Source: a virus
Length of the DNA: 64,000 nucleotides
Reading direction: 5' to 3' (one strand)
IMG/VR virus record: IMGVR_UViG_3300010382_000019
Span: 263 to 64,262 of that record
Under the pieces are notes generated by a model, which saw only the letters and a list, made by a program, of their open reading frames with translations, had not been told where the DNA came from and ran no database searches. The translations under genes were made by a program, and so were the position numbers. Positions 25,843-36,967 of this stretch are shown piece by piece (position 1 is the first letter of the stretch; every line of letters begins with the position of its first letter).

Positions 25843-27309
25843 ATGCCTCTGTATAGAGTAGACTTAGCGGCTTTGCCTAAACTGACGAATCCAGTCTACT
25901 ATCCATTATATAAAAATCAGAATAGGTATTTAGTCTTATATGGTGGTGCTGGCTCCGGTAAATCTGTGTTTGCCGCACAAAAAACAATACGGCGTATGCT
26001 AGAAGAACCAGGACATAAAATACTAGTTGTCAGAAAGGTTGCAAAGACACTTAGACAAAGCACATTTGCCTTACTATGCCAAATAATATCAGATTGGAAC
26101 CTGGGAGAGATATTTGAAATAAACAAGACTGAAATGGAAATACGTTGTATAAACGGCAGCCAAGTAATACATGCTGGACTGGACGATGTAGAAAAAATTA
26201 AGTCAATACAAGGGATAACCTCAATATGGATTGAGGAATCCAGCGAACTTGAAAAAGCAGATTTTATGCAGCTTGACCTTAGACTTAGAGGCAAATTGAA
26301 GTATTACAAGCAGATAACACTTTCCTTTAATCCTATTTCTGTTTCCCATTGGCTTAAAACAGAGTTTTTTGACAACCCGAAAGAAGATGCTTTTACGCTA
26401 AAGACAACGTACAAAGACAACAAATTCCTTGATGATGAATATATCAAAGTACTTATGGCATTGAAAGATACTGATGAATACTATTTCACGGTATACGTTT
26501 TGGGTAATTGGGGCGTACTCGGCAAAACGATATTTAATGCTATGAAGGTAAACAGTAGAATATCTGAGATAGAAGACATAAAGGTTAAGAGAATAGGGTA
26601 TTTTCTCTATAAGTATGAGAACGAGAGAATTGTTGATGAATCTATCAAGTTTATTGATGATCCAAGCGGATATATTACAATCTATCAAGATGCTGAGTTT
26701 GGACACCCTTATGTAATCGGAGGTGATACTGCCGGAGAAGGCTCAGACTATTTTGCAGGGCAGGTTATTGATAACTCAAGTGGGCTACAAGTCGCAGTTC
26801 TGCATAATAGATTCGATGAAGATTTATATACCAAACAGATGTATTGCTTGGGGAAGTATTACAACAGTGCATTGATAAGCATAGAAGCCAATTTTAGCAC
26901 TTATCCAGTATTAGAGTTGCAGCGTTTAGGTTATAACAAGCAGTATAAGCGAGAGATTATGGATACCTATACAAACAGATACCAGGAAAGATTCGGATGG
27001 AGAACGGACAAGCTTACAAGACCAATTATGATTTCAAACCTTGTACAGATAGTCAGAGAGAAAACAGAGTGTTTTAACGATAAAGATACTCTGGATGAAA
27101 TGTTGACATTTGTAAGGAATGAAAATGGCAGAGCAGAAGCGCAAGCAGGAAAGCATGACGACCTTATTATGGCTCTTGCAATAGTATATAAGACAAGAGG
27201 CCAACAGGATTACAATGTGAAATTCCATAAAGAAGAAAAGACACTTATACAGAAAGACAAACAAAAGCGGGCGAGAAGATCATTATTTGGTGGCAGGAGA
27301 CTTGCTTAG
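25843..27309 (+). CDS. terL: PBSX-family terminase large subunit
   Basis: GGAGSGKS Walker A, WIEES, SFNP, GGDTAGEG, HDDLIMA. ATG 25843 follows AAAGGAGG. Confidence 0.95.
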   Translation: MPLYRVDLAALPKLTNPVYYPLYKNQNRYLVLYGGAGSGKSVFAAQKTIRRMLEEPGHKILVVRKVAKTLRQSTFALLCQIISDWNLGEIFEINKTEMEIRCINGSQVIHAGLDDVEKIKSIQGITSIWIEESSELEKADFMQLDLRLRGKLKYYKQITLSFNPISVSHWLKTEFFDNPKEDAFTLKTTYKDNKFLDDEYIKVLMALKDTDEYYFTVYVLGNWGVLGKTIFNAMKVNSRISEIEDIKVKRIGYFLYKYENERIVDESIKFIDDPSGYITIYQDAEFGHPYVIGGDTAGEGSDYFAGQVIDNSSGLQVAVLHNRFDEDLYTKQMYCLGKYYNSALISIEANFSTYPVLELQRLGYNKQYKREIMDTYTNRYQERFGWRTDKLTRPIMISNLVQIVREKTECFNDKDTLDEMLTFVRNENGRAEAQAGKHDDLIMALAIVYKTRGQQDYNVKFHKEEKTLIQKDKQKRARRSLFGGRRLA

Positions 27310-27393
27310 AGCTGTATGTGCGTTTTAAAACCATTACGGAGTTACAAGCAAGCGGAAAATAGCCTTGTGGACAAGGAGGATTGAGAAAATAAC

Positions 27394-27678
27394 ATGAAAG
27401 CTAAACTAATGATATTACCATACAATTTGAGATGTGACATATCAAGATGCAGCAACAAAGCTAAATATTCTATAGGAAACCCTGATAGCAGCAAAGCGAC
27501 ACATTTTCATATATGTGAAAGTTGTCTGAAGGAATTGGTTGAAACACTCCCGGATGATTTGAAGCCTGTTAAAGTTGTAGAAAAAGAAGTAATTAAAGAG
27601 GTTGAGAAGATAGTAGAGAAAGTTGTAGAAAAGGAGATTCCCGTACCAACGGAAACCAAGAAAAAGAAGAAACGTTGA
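27394..27678 (+). CDS. Hypothetical Cys-containing phage protein
   Basis: CDISRC...HICESC; operon position. Confidence 0.65.
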   Translation: MKAKLMILPYNLRCDISRCSNKAKYSIGNPDSSKATHFHICESCLKELVETLPDDLKPVKVVEKEVIKEVEKIVEKVVEKEIPVPTETKKKKKR

Positions 27679-27699
27679 TTAGGGGAAGGCGATAAATAA

Positions 27700-27891
27700 A
27701 TGAGTACACTGGAAGCAATGCTCATTATTCTTATAGGTATTATAGAAACAATGCACTTCTTAGAACGCAGAGATTTATACAATAGGATAATGGCAAAAGA
27801 CCTTACGGAATATCAGAAGGACAAAAAACCACCCAAGCAGGTTGAAAACATTATAAAGAAAAACATGCGTAAAAATGTGCTTGGTGAATAA
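27700..27891 (+). CDS. Hypothetical phage protein
   Basis: Operon position before the portal. Confidence 0.6.
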   Translation: MSTLEAMLIILIGIIETMHFLERRDLYNRIMAKDLTEYQKDKKPPKQVENIIKKNMRKNVLGE

Positions 27892-27906
27892 GAGTGGGGA
27901 AAGGCG

Positions 27907-29943
27907 GTGGTGTGGATGCCTGTATTTGAAGGATTAAGAAACACTGTAAGCAGGTTCTTTAATAATAAAGACCCTGCTTTAGCTTTAAATAGCGAAGAAA
28001 ATACAAATATAGATGTTGAAGGTACGGTTATAGAACAATTTAATAAAGAAATAGAGAAACAGTTGTTAGTATCATATGTAAATAAGGAATTTGACAGGAT
28101 GCAAAAAGAAAGGCTGCCTTACGAATTACAGTGGCAGTTGAACAATAATTTTCTAAGAGGCAATCAATACTGTGATATTAATATGCAGACACAAGGAATA
28201 CAGGAAATACCCAGACTTTATTGGTGGCAGCAGAGAGAAGTATTCAACCACATTGCGCCAATATATGAAACCAGGCTTGCGAAGCTTGGAAGGGTAGACC
28301 TCTCTTTAAAAGTAAGACCGGCAACCAACGAGCAAAACGACATAAATACTGCAAAGATATGTACTGCATTATGCAAGGGTACAATGCGGCAACAGGAAAT
28401 GCAGGCAAAGACAAAAAAGGCTAACGCCTGGTGTGAGTTAATAGGGACTGTACTTTATAAAAACGTATGGAATGCAGCTTCCGGTACGCAATTAGCTGTT
28501 ATAGACGGGGATAATTTTTCAGAAGGTGGTATTGAAACTACAATAGTTCCAGCATATGAGTTTTATCCTGATTCTAATTTTTCTGAGGATATAGATACTA
28601 TGCGGTGCTGCATACATGCAAAAGTATATTCAGTTAATGAGATAGAAGAAAAATGGGGAATAAAGATTGACGGACGTGAAGTGCCTGTATTCAATCTTAA
28701 AAATAGCAATATAAGTCTTGGGGGAATTGGATATACCGCAACAATACAGACTGTTAATATAACAAAACAGAAAGACAGCGAAGTTGTAAAGGAATATTAC
28801 GAAAATGTGACAAAGAAGTATCCTAATGGAAGGCTAATAATCGTGGCTGGTGAGACTCTCCTTTATGAAGGAGAATTACCCTTCAAAGTAGGTGAGCAGG
28901 GTAAAGTTGGCATACCCTTTGTAAAGCAAGTATGCGTAGAAAACCCAGGTTATTTTTGGGGTACATCAATCATCGAAAGATGTATTCCTATACAACGAGC
29001 TTATAACGCCGTTAAGAACAGAAAGCACGAATACTTGAACAGAATTGCAATAGGTGCATATTCGGTGGAAAACGGTGCTTTGGATGCAGACGAATTGCAG
29101 GAAGATGGTATAAGCCCAGGTAAAATTGTCATGGTTGAAAGAGGGTTCAACCCTCCAAGACCTATAGATAATGGAGTGTTACCCTCCGGATTTCCGGATG
29201 AAGAAACCAGGTTACTTAATGAATTTGTTCAAATATCCGGTGTATCTGAACTAAGCAGAGATAGCACAGCTCCTTCAGGTGTTGGCTCCGGTGTAGCACT
29301 TGAGATATTGAAGGAACAGGATGATACACGGTTAAGTCTTACTGCTGAAAATGTAAGAATTGCAATAATCAAAGTTGGTAAACAGTGGTTAAGACTGTCT
29401 AAACAATATGCTACATTTCCAAGAATGTTGAAATACATCGGTGATGATAACGATGTTGCAGTTGTTGAGTGGGAAGCAAATGACATAACCTCTGATGATA
29501 TAGTCATTGAAACCGAAAATGAACTTGCACAGACTCCGGCACAGAGGAAACAGATGGTAGTTGATTTATTGCAATATGGCTTATTTAATAATCCTGAAAC
29601 CGGAAATATTGATAAGAGTATGAGAGGTAAAATATTTGAAATGTTGGAGCTTGGCAATTGGGAGGCTGCAACAGAGCTGGAAAATTTACATGCTAATAGA
29701 GCTAATAAGGAAAACATTTATCTAAAGAAAGGTACAATACCGCAAATACAAGAGTATGACGATCATACAATACACATAGTTGAACATAACAAGTACAGGC
29801 TTACAACCGATTTTGAAGAATTGGCAAACCAGAATCTTGAGATTGTTCAACTTTTTAATATGCACGTTAAACAGCATGAGGCTTATTTACAGCAAGCGGC
29901 TGTGGCGCAACAACAAGCTATTAACAATGCTAATGTGCAATAG
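27907..29943 (+). CDS. Portal protein
   Basis: Size, position after terL, FWGTSIIE...IPIQRAYN, SGVALEIL motifs. Confidence 0.85.
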   Translation: MVWMPVFEGLRNTVSRFFNNKDPALALNSEENTNIDVEGTVIEQFNKEIEKQLLVSYVNKEFDRMQKERLPYELQWQLNNNFLRGNQYCDINMQTQGIQEIPRLYWWQQREVFNHIAPIYETRLAKLGRVDLSLKVRPATNEQNDINTAKICTALCKGTMRQQEMQAKTKKANAWCELIGTVLYKNVWNAASGTQLAVIDGDNFSEGGIETTIVPAYEFYPDSNFSEDIDTMRCCIHAKVYSVNEIEEKWGIKIDGREVPVFNLKNSNISLGGIGYTATIQTVNITKQKDSEVVKEYYENVTKKYPNGRLIIVAGETLLYEGELPFKVGEQGKVGIPFVKQVCVENPGYFWGTSIIERCIPIQRAYNAVKNRKHEYLNRIAIGAYSVENGALDADELQEDGISPGKIVMVERGFNPPRPIDNGVLPSGFPDEETRLLNEFVQISGVSELSRDSTAPSGVGSGVALEILKEQDDTRLSLTAENVRIAIIKVGKQWLRLSKQYATFPRMLKYIGDDNDVAVVEWEANDITSDDIVIETENELAQTPAQRKQMVVDLLQYGLFNNPETGNIDKSMRGKIFEMLELGNWEAATELENLHANRANKENIYLKKGTIPQIQEYDDHTIHIVEHNKYRLTTDFEELANQNLEIVQLFNMHVKQHEAYLQQAAVAQQQAINNANVQ

Positions 29944-29968
29944 TAAAAAAATTTGGAGGAATTAAAAA

Positions 29969-31045
29969 ATGCTAAATGTAAATACGTTCGACAATCCCTT
30001 GTCTGTTGGTAATTCTCCTTCCCCTTCTATGAATTTACAGTTATTCGGTGACGAAGGTGGAGATGCCGGAAGCGGCGGTGAAAGCGGAGAAGTAAATAAC
30101 AGTATTGATGTAATTCCTGTAGATACCGCAGAAACACATATAAGTGTATCTGATTTAAGTGGTAAGGTGCAGGAATTTTTTAATGCCGCTATGAATCCTC
30201 CTGCCTCTGTAAATCAAGAAGGACAAGCTAACGAGAATGAACAGGTAAAAGAGACCGGACAAGCAGTTGACAATGTAGGGCAGTCAAAAGAAGAACCCTT
30301 AATTCTAGGCAAGTTTAAAAACCAGAATGAGCTTATTAAAGCTTATACCAATCTTGAAGGCTTTACCACTATGACAAGGCAGGAATTAGCCCAAGCAAAA
30401 CAAATGCTGGAGAACCAAAAAACTGTAGAAGAAGTTGTTGATAAGCCAGAAGAGAACCCCATGGAGCAATTAGATGAAGAAGCACTTGAAGCTAAGAAAG
30501 AAGAAATTCTAAACAAATTTTATGAAGACCCTTTGAAGTTTATAGATGATATAAACAAAAATGCAGAAGTAAGAGCCGAAGAAATAACGAAAAAAATGCT
30601 TGAACCAATATATCAGGAAAGAGAGCAAGCCGCAAATCAGAAGAAATGGGATGATATTGCTTTACAGTTTAAAGCAACACATTCCGATATGGCTGATTAC
30701 TCAGAGGATATGATTAAGTTTTTGGAAGATAACAAGGAAATCGCAGGGAAAGAAAACTCAATAGAGCTTGCTTACAACTATGTAAAGGGAATGAAAGCAC
30801 AGAATCAGAAAAGCCCTGATGAATTACTGGATGATCCGGAATTCATCCAAAAGGCAATCAGCAATGAGAAGTTCAGAAATGAAATTTTAAAGGCTACTGC
30901 TGCCGGAGTAAAAAAAGGGGGACCGCCTCCTGTAATATCCGGTAATGCAAATGGTGGAAAACCTGTTGCAGTACCGCCCACAACTGCAAAGTCCTTTAAA
31001 GAGGCAGGACAAATGATGCTCAAGAGTTTAGGCTTGAGCAATTAA
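29969..31045 (+). CDS. Capsid scaffolding protein
   Basis: MNLQLF motif, acidic coiled coil, located between portal and capsid. Confidence 0.75.
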   Translation: MLNVNTFDNPLSVGNSPSPSMNLQLFGDEGGDAGSGGESGEVNNSIDVIPVDTAETHISVSDLSGKVQEFFNAAMNPPASVNQEGQANENEQVKETGQAVDNVGQSKEEPLILGKFKNQNELIKAYTNLEGFTTMTRQELAQAKQMLENQKTVEEVVDKPEENPMEQLDEEALEAKKEEILNKFYEDPLKFIDDINKNAEVRAEEITKKMLEPIYQEREQAANQKKWDDIALQFKATHSDMADYSEDMIKFLEDNKEIAGKENSIELAYNYVKGMKAQNQKSPDELLDDPEFIQKAISNEKFRNEILKATAAGVKKGGPPPVISGNANGGKPVAVPPTTAKSFKEAGQMMLKSLGLSN

Positions 31046-31065
31046 TTTTTTTTGAAACAAAAGGA

Positions 31066-32247
31066 GTGAATAATATGATTACTATATCTACAGTTGCAGA
31101 TGCGTTCAAAACTTTCTATAAACCCGTAATAATCGACCAAATGAATACTAGGGTAAATCCTTTCTATGCAAGGATTGAAAAAAACAGCGAGGAAGTATTT
31201 GGTTCAACAATAAAAATGGCTATGCGTTACGGAGTCAATGGCGGTGTTGGAAACAGAGCCGAGGATGGCGACCTGCCATCTCCTAACAACAGAAAGTACA
31301 AACAGGCAGAGTATGAAACAAAGAACCTTTTTGGTACATTGAGAATTACTGAAAAGTCAATAAGAGCTTCTGCAAGTTCAGCAGGCGCATTTACTAAACT
31401 CTTGGAGACTGAACTTGATGGATTGATGCAGGATGCAAAAATCAATTTTGGAAGGCAGTTATTCGGTGATGGCACAGGAAAGCTTGCAACTACAGCCGCC
31501 GTAACTTCTCAAACTACAATCGGGGTTGATTCTGTTCAATACCTTATCGAAGGTCAGGTGGTTGATATTCTCGACCAGACAGGCGAAACGGTTAAGGTAT
31601 CAGCAAGAGAAATAACCTCGGTTGACAGAGCAACCAAGACTATATCAATAGCTGGCGATGCAGTAACAACACTTGCTACCGATATTATCGCAATAAACGG
31701 TTCATATGGGTTGGAACTTACCGGACTTGGGAAGATATTCGCAACCTCCGGTACAATCTACGGATTGGACAGAGCTACTTACAAATGGCTGATACCTACA
31801 ATTACAACAAGTATAGGTATAATCAGCGATATAAAAATTAAGAAGGGTTTTCATGAGGCTGAAATAGTTGCCGACAGTACACCTGACTTTATTCTTACTT
31901 CCCATGGTGTTGAAAGGTCTTATTATGAGTACCTTGAGACTACTAAACGAAATATAAATACTATGAAGCTTACGGGCGGCTATTCGGCAATTTCTTTTGA
32001 CAACAAGCCGTTAGTATCTGACAAGTTCTGTCCTGCCGGAAATATGTACTTGCTTAACTCCGCAGACTTCATATTACATCAAATGGGCGAATGGGATTGG
32101 CTTGACCGTGATGGTTCTATTTTCAAGCAGACAGCTAATAAAGCTGCTTGGGATGCTGTGCTTGTAAAGTATGGCGATCTTGGTTGCAGAAAACCAATTG
32201 GGCAAGTTCAACTCACCGGAATTACGGAGGATGACGGTATAGCATAA
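31066..32247 (+). CDS. Major capsid protein
   Basis: Size, position, AEDGDLP and terminal LTGITE pattern. Confidence 0.8.
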   Translation: MNNMITISTVADAFKTFYKPVIIDQMNTRVNPFYARIEKNSEEVFGSTIKMAMRYGVNGGVGNRAEDGDLPSPNNRKYKQAEYETKNLFGTLRITEKSIRASASSAGAFTKLLETELDGLMQDAKINFGRQLFGDGTGKLATTAAVTSQTTIGVDSVQYLIEGQVVDILDQTGETVKVSAREITSVDRATKTISIAGDAVTTLATDIIAINGSYGLELTGLGKIFATSGTIYGLDRATYKWLIPTITTSIGIISDIKIKKGFHEAEIVADSTPDFILTSHGVERSYYEYLETTKRNINTMKLTGGYSAISFDNKPLVSDKFCPAGNMYLLNSADFILHQMGEWDWLDRDGSIFKQTANKAAWDAVLVKYGDLGCRKPIGQVQLTGITEDDGIA

Positions 32248-32320
32248 TTAATGCAGAAAATGCCAGGATGAACAAATATTATGTTTGTTCTGGCTTTTCT
32301 TTGTATGGAGGTTCACGCAT

Positions 32321-32708
32321 TATGAAGATACACATAAAAAGTAATGTTTTTAATATACCGGAAAGGTTGAAAGAGATAGATAAAAGCTATTTTGTTTTGT
32401 ATGATAACATTTCAGGCAAATATGAGGTACATAGCACAGAAAATAAGGATGGAAATACTTTTTGCTTGACATTGCCTTTTAATGAATTGGACAGTCGAGC
32501 GATTGAACATGTCCGGAAAACAAGGGTTGAAAATTCTAAAAAACTATGGGAAGAAATGAAAAGGAACAATGAAAAACTTGAAATAGAAAAAGCAAAGAAG
32601 TATGCAGATTACATTGATTACACAACAAAGGATATATATAAATATTTGGCTCTCAAAAGTACCAAAGATACAGTACCTAATAATGCCTATAGTACGAGGT
32701 TTATATAA
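32321..32708 (+). CDS. Conserved hypothetical virion-module protein
   Basis: GGAGG RBS before MKIHIKSNVFNIPERLKEID. Confidence 0.65.
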
Positions 32709-32714
32709 AGGCAG

Positions 32715-33257
32715 GTGAGATTATTGATTTCAAAATATATTATTGAACATGCACAGTACCATGCTATACAGACAATAAGCACGGCGGTTGGATATGTTCT
32801 ATTGAATGAAGCACTAAGAGAAGTTGCAACGGAGTGCCCGATGGGAAGGATACCGGATAACACTACTATTACTGCCGTTGCGGATACATGGTATAGTCTG
32901 CCGGCAACTTTTATTTCGGTAGACAAGGTAAGTGATGCAGAGGGTGAAGAAGTAACATATTACAATGTTGATGGTGCAAGAATTAAATTTAAAGAAGATG
33001 GAACTTACAAAATTGAGTATAAGAGAATACCCAATGAAATAGCACAAGGGCTTGAATCCGCAGTGCCAGAGATACCAGAATTATTTCACTCCAAGCTAGA
33101 ATTTTATATTGCAGCAAGGGTCAGAATGAATTTCAATCATGAAGATGGAGAAGGTGCAAGGCTTCTAGCGGAGTTTTACAATGGTATACGAAGTGTTAAT
33201 AAAACTTTATCAAAGGGTAAGCATAAAAAGGTTATGCCAGCTCCTTTATGGCGGTGA
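32715..33257 (+). CDS. Putative head-tail adaptor
   Basis: LNEALREV, PEIPELFHSKLEFY pattern; position. Confidence 0.55.
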   Translation: MRLLISKYIIEHAQYHAIQTISTAVGYVLLNEALREVATECPMGRIPDNTTITAVADTWYSLPATFISVDKVSDAEGEEVTYYNVDGARIKFKEDGTYKIEYKRIPNEIAQGLESAVPEIPELFHSKLEFYIAARVRMNFNHEDGEGARLLAEFYNGIRSVNKTLSKGKHKKVMPAPLWR

Positions 33258-35020
33258 TGCAAATGGCTAAATTGAGCAGAGTATTAGTGTCATATACGGA
33301 TTTTAGAGGCGGTATATCCGAGGTTGACCCTGATAATAAGAGAAACAATGAGCTTGACGAAGGGGATAATATTGAACTTTCCAATAGGGGCGGCGGTTTT
33401 ACTTATAGACCTGGGACAATAAATATAAACTCCGTTTCATACGCAAACGATGTAGAGCAACTTATTGAATTTCCTTTGATAGATGGAACAGTAAAATTAT
33501 TGGCGGTAAGAAATAAGAACTTGTATGACATTACGGATGACAGCAATAATCTTCTAACTGCATTAAATAGTAACAATATTGCATATTTCTTTTTAAATAA
33601 TAGATTTTATTTCGCTGATGGATTGAATTACAGAGTTTATGGTTATTACAAGTACACAACCCAAAGCGGTACTGTGAGTTTAGCAATAGGGGACATAGTT
33701 AAAAACTATCCCGTATCAACACACGCTACACTACCTGGGACAGTCAAGCACTTCTATAAGGCTAATGCTGCTATGACAGACGTTGCCCTTGCGGGTGCCG
33801 ATTATGGAGATGGTACAAAGTGGACAGATGTAACAGATGGTGCAATACCCAATGATGTAAGAAATGTTGTAGCTGATCCTGACCCTACAAACAATATTGC
33901 TCTTATAGCGAAGTGTAAATATTTTGTTTATCATACAGGTTCACACAGAATATTTGCTTCTGGTAATCCCGAAGATGCCGCAGCCCTATATTATTCTGAG
34001 ATTGATAAGCCTGACTTTTTTAAAGCAACTTCGATATTCTATCCAACAAGAGGTGACGGACCTGTAAGAGCTATGGTTCAGATATTAAATATAATACTTT
34101 GTGGTTACGGTCATTCATGGTGGGGATGGGAAGGCACAGACGTTACTATGGCAACATGGGGTAATTATCCTATTCCTTATGGTATTGTATCAAGTGATAG
34201 TCTGGCTATTACTCCTGGCGGATTTGTTTTTTTGTCCTATGATGGAATATACGAAGTTTCAACTTCTCTATTCAGCAGGGATATAGCATTGAACGCAGGG
34301 GATACATTAATAAAAAAAATAAGTGATGAAAAGGTTGAAAAAAGGCTCTTAGCAATAACAGATTTAGTAAATACAAAAGCTATTTTTTATGACAGTAAAT
34401 ATTATCTGGCTTATTCAGATCTTGCGACAAAGGTAAGGGACAAGATATTAGTATGTTATTGGAATGATAAAGCTTTTGTCAGATATACAGGTATTAAGGC
34501 TAATTGCTTCTTAAGAACATATAAAAATGAATTGTTGGTAGGTTCCCTGAATTGGGTGTTGAAGTTTGATGCAAGTAAGCAGAATGATATAGACGATGCC
34601 GGAGCAGCAAAGGCTATAAACTTACATGTAGAAACGAAGGCATTTAACTTTGATAACCCTATTAGCCAAAAGATATTCTATAGGTTTTTTATATGGAGTA
34701 GTCAAAATGTTGACCAAGGAAACAAGTTAAAGATTACATTGAGGGTAGATTTTGCTAATACTTTCTTTGATGCTGACTTAAATAGTGCATCGTTTATATG
34801 GGGAGCTACCTGGGGCGGCGTGTGGGGTACTGCTGACATAGCTCCACAGGAAGCTTCATTAAGGGAACTGGCGTTAAAGGGTATAAGGTGCAAGGTTATA
34901 TTTGACAGTAATTATATTAATACAAAAAATACTGTAATTGTCTATGGTATTGCTTTTGAAATTCAACACTTAGCAGCGAGAGCAATGCAAATAGACTTAG
35001 GTTCTAATCTTTTGAGTTAA
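33248..35020 (+). CDS. Putative podovirus tail nozzle/stabilisation protein
   Basis: DFRGG N-terminus, beta-rich 590 aa, follows the adaptor. Confidence 0.55.
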   Translation: MAVMQMAKLSRVLVSYTDFRGGISEVDPDNKRNNELDEGDNIELSNRGGGFTYRPGTININSVSYANDVEQLIEFPLIDGTVKLLAVRNKNLYDITDDSNNLLTALNSNNIAYFFLNNRFYFADGLNYRVYGYYKYTTQSGTVSLAIGDIVKNYPVSTHATLPGTVKHFYKANAAMTDVALAGADYGDGTKWTDVTDGAIPNDVRNVVADPDPTNNIALIAKCKYFVYHTGSHRIFASGNPEDAAALYYSEIDKPDFFKATSIFYPTRGDGPVRAMVQILNIILCGYGHSWWGWEGTDVTMATWGNYPIPYGIVSSDSLAITPGGFVFLSYDGIYEVSTSLFSRDIALNAGDTLIKKISDEKVEKRLLAITDLVNTKAIFYDSKYYLAYSDLATKVRDKILVCYWNDKAFVRYTGIKANCFLRTYKNELLVGSLNWVLKFDASKQNDIDDAGAAKAINLHVETKAFNFDNPISQKIFYRFFIWSSQNVDQGNKLKITLRVDFANTFFDADLNSASFIWGATWGGVWGTADIAPQEASLRELALKGIRCKVIFDSNYINTKNTVIVYGIAFEIQHLAARAMQIDLGSNLLS

Positions 35021-35036
35021 GGTGGTGAAATAAAAC

Positions 35037-36071
35037 ATGGCGTTTAAACCGACAAGGGAATTTAGCGCAAACGTGGGTGATTATTCAGTAAACACAGCAG
35101 GACCGGATTCAATAGAAAACGATATAGACAGTATTAATAGAATGTTTGACCCTTTAACGGAACATTCGCCTGGTGTGGGAGGAGGCATAGCCGAAGGTAA
35201 TATTCAGGCAGGAGCCGCAACAGATACTATTATAGGTGAAAGAACGATAAACCAAGATATAGCAGATGCTTATACAAATACAGGGTTACTTTGCAAGCTT
35301 CTTTCTTTTTATGCAAAAACAATTAAAGCGTTGAAGGGTACTACAAATTGGTGCGATGCAACTTCTGATACTATGCAGGGCATTCATACAAGGGTAACGA
35401 CAAATACAGCCAATATAACAGCGAACGCAACTGCCATAGCAACACACAAGACAAGCGGCGACCATGACAGCAGATATTATAAAAAGAGTGAAATAGATTC
35501 AACCGTGTCGACTCTGGCAAGTAAAGCAGAAAATGCATTGAAGGCTGATGCTGTAAGTGTTTACACAAAGAGTCAGATAGATTTAACCGTGTCGACTCTG
35601 GCAAGTAAAGCAGAAAATGCATTGAAGGCTGATGCCGTAAATGTTTATACAAAGAGCCAGCTAGAGCCTTATTTGCGTGGTGGTGATACAGTTATCAGAC
35701 GGGAAGTATTTACTATCGTGACTAACAATAACGGAGATGGTACTTTTACTTATACGGACAGCAATGGAATTGAGCAGGTCGGTAGCCTGGGAACAAGCGG
35801 AGAACAGATATTTACTTTGCAGAAAGGCAGTTATGCTCTTGGCGAAGAAAGGGTAGAAGCTATCATTAACGATACTCTGCAAAGAAGTGTAACAAGTGGA
35901 GGACTAACCGAAGTTGATAGTACACATATTGCATTGACTTCTCCAGAAGGGGCTGGAGCAGAAATAACAATAAAGTATTTTGAAAGTCTGGGTATAGTAG
36001 GTCTTGGACTTGTTCAAATTGGAGCAACTCAGCCTGCTATTGATGCTATTTGGTTTAAGGTGGTGGGATAA
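35037..36071 (+). CDS. Tail fibre/spike-associated protein with 28-aa tandem repeat
   Basis: KADAVSVYTKSQID repeats typical of fibres. Confidence 0.55.
   Translation: MAFKPTREFSANVGDYSVNTAGPDSIENDIDSINRMFDPLTEHSPGVGGGIAEGNIQAGAATDTIIGERTINQDIADAYTNTGLLCKLLSFYAKTIKALKGTTNWCDATSDTMQGIHTRVTTNTANITANATAIATHKTSGDHDSRYYKKSEIDSTVSTLASKAENALKADAVSVYTKSQIDLTVSTLASKAENALKADAVNVYTKSQLEPYLRGGDTVIRREVFTIVTNNNGDGTFTYTDSNGIEQVGSLGTSGEQIFTLQKGSYALGEERVEAIINDTLQRSVTSGGLTEVDSTHIALTSPEGAGAEITIKYFESLGIVGLGLVQIGATQPAIDAIWFKVVG
35482..35657 (+). repeat. 84-bp tandem duplication
   Basis: AACCGTGTCGACTCTGGCAAG... at 35501 and 35585. Confidence 0.85.
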
Positions 36072-36965
36072 TTGGCTTCGACACCTAGACGAATTGATTT
36101 TTCTTTGTTCGATGATAATCTGAAAACACTCATAAATGCAAGTGCTAAAGTATTCCCTGTCGATTATATATATGTTACAGATAACCTTAACCCAAGCAAT
36201 TACGAATATGTAAGGGTAATAGACGGAGAACACAGAAAAGAAATTTATCATTGGGAGAATGGCGTTTTTGAGTTGATTGGTGCGGATGATAAAGAAGTTG
36301 ATTTTGAAACAGACATTATAAATAAGCCTTCAAGTTACCCCCCTTCAGAACACGTACACGCTAACGATCATTCACACGAGAATAAAAGCGTATTGGACAT
36401 AATAAATCAAACTCTAATAAATACATGGAACACAGTCACAGGTAAGGCAGACAAAACCTATGTAGATGCTAACGACCATTCACACGGGAATAAAAGCGCA
36501 TTGGACATAATAAATCAAACTCTAATAGATACATGGAATACGGTAACAGGTAAGGCAGATAAAACTTATGTAGATGGTGGATTGGCAAGTAAGTCTGATT
36601 CTACGCACAACCATGACAGTGCTTATGCTGTAAAATATACAGAAGGTACGGTATCAAACCATGAAACAAGATTAACAAATATTGAAAGTGGTTATAGTGC
36701 GGCTCATGCACATAGCAATTTAAGCATTTTGGAAGCTATAACTCAAACAATAGTAGATACTTGGAATACAGTAGCAAACAAACCAGATAAAACCTACGTT
36801 GATACTGAGCTGGCTAAGAAGGCTGACAGTACAACATTAAGCGGTCATACAGGGAACACTACCATGCATGTAACACAAACCGATAAAGATACATGGAATT
36901 CAAAAACCCAAATAACGCAAGGTACAGTACAACCTACAAGTGGATTTTGGTTTAAGGAGGTATAA
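36072..36965 (+). CDS. Tail fibre-like protein with 36-aa repeats
   Basis: HSHxNKSxLD..TWNTVxxKADKTYVD three times; HVTQTDKDTWNSK. Confidence 0.6.
   Translation: MASTPRRIDFSLFDDNLKTLINASAKVFPVDYIYVTDNLNPSNYEYVRVIDGEHRKEIYHWENGVFELIGADDKEVDFETDIINKPSSYPPSEHVHANDHSHENKSVLDIINQTLINTWNTVTGKADKTYVDANDHSHGNKSALDIINQTLIDTWNTVTGKADKTYVDGGLASKSDSTHNHDSAYAVKYTEGTVSNHETRLTNIESGYSAAHAHSNLSILEAITQTIVDTWNTVANKPDKTYVDTELAKKADSTTLSGHTGNTTMHVTQTDKDTWNSKTQITQGTVQPTSGFWFKEV
36360..36575 (+). repeat. 108-bp tandem duplication
   Basis: GCTAACGA(T/C)CATTCACACG... at 36360 and 36468. Confidence 0.85.
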
Positions 36966-36967
36966 AT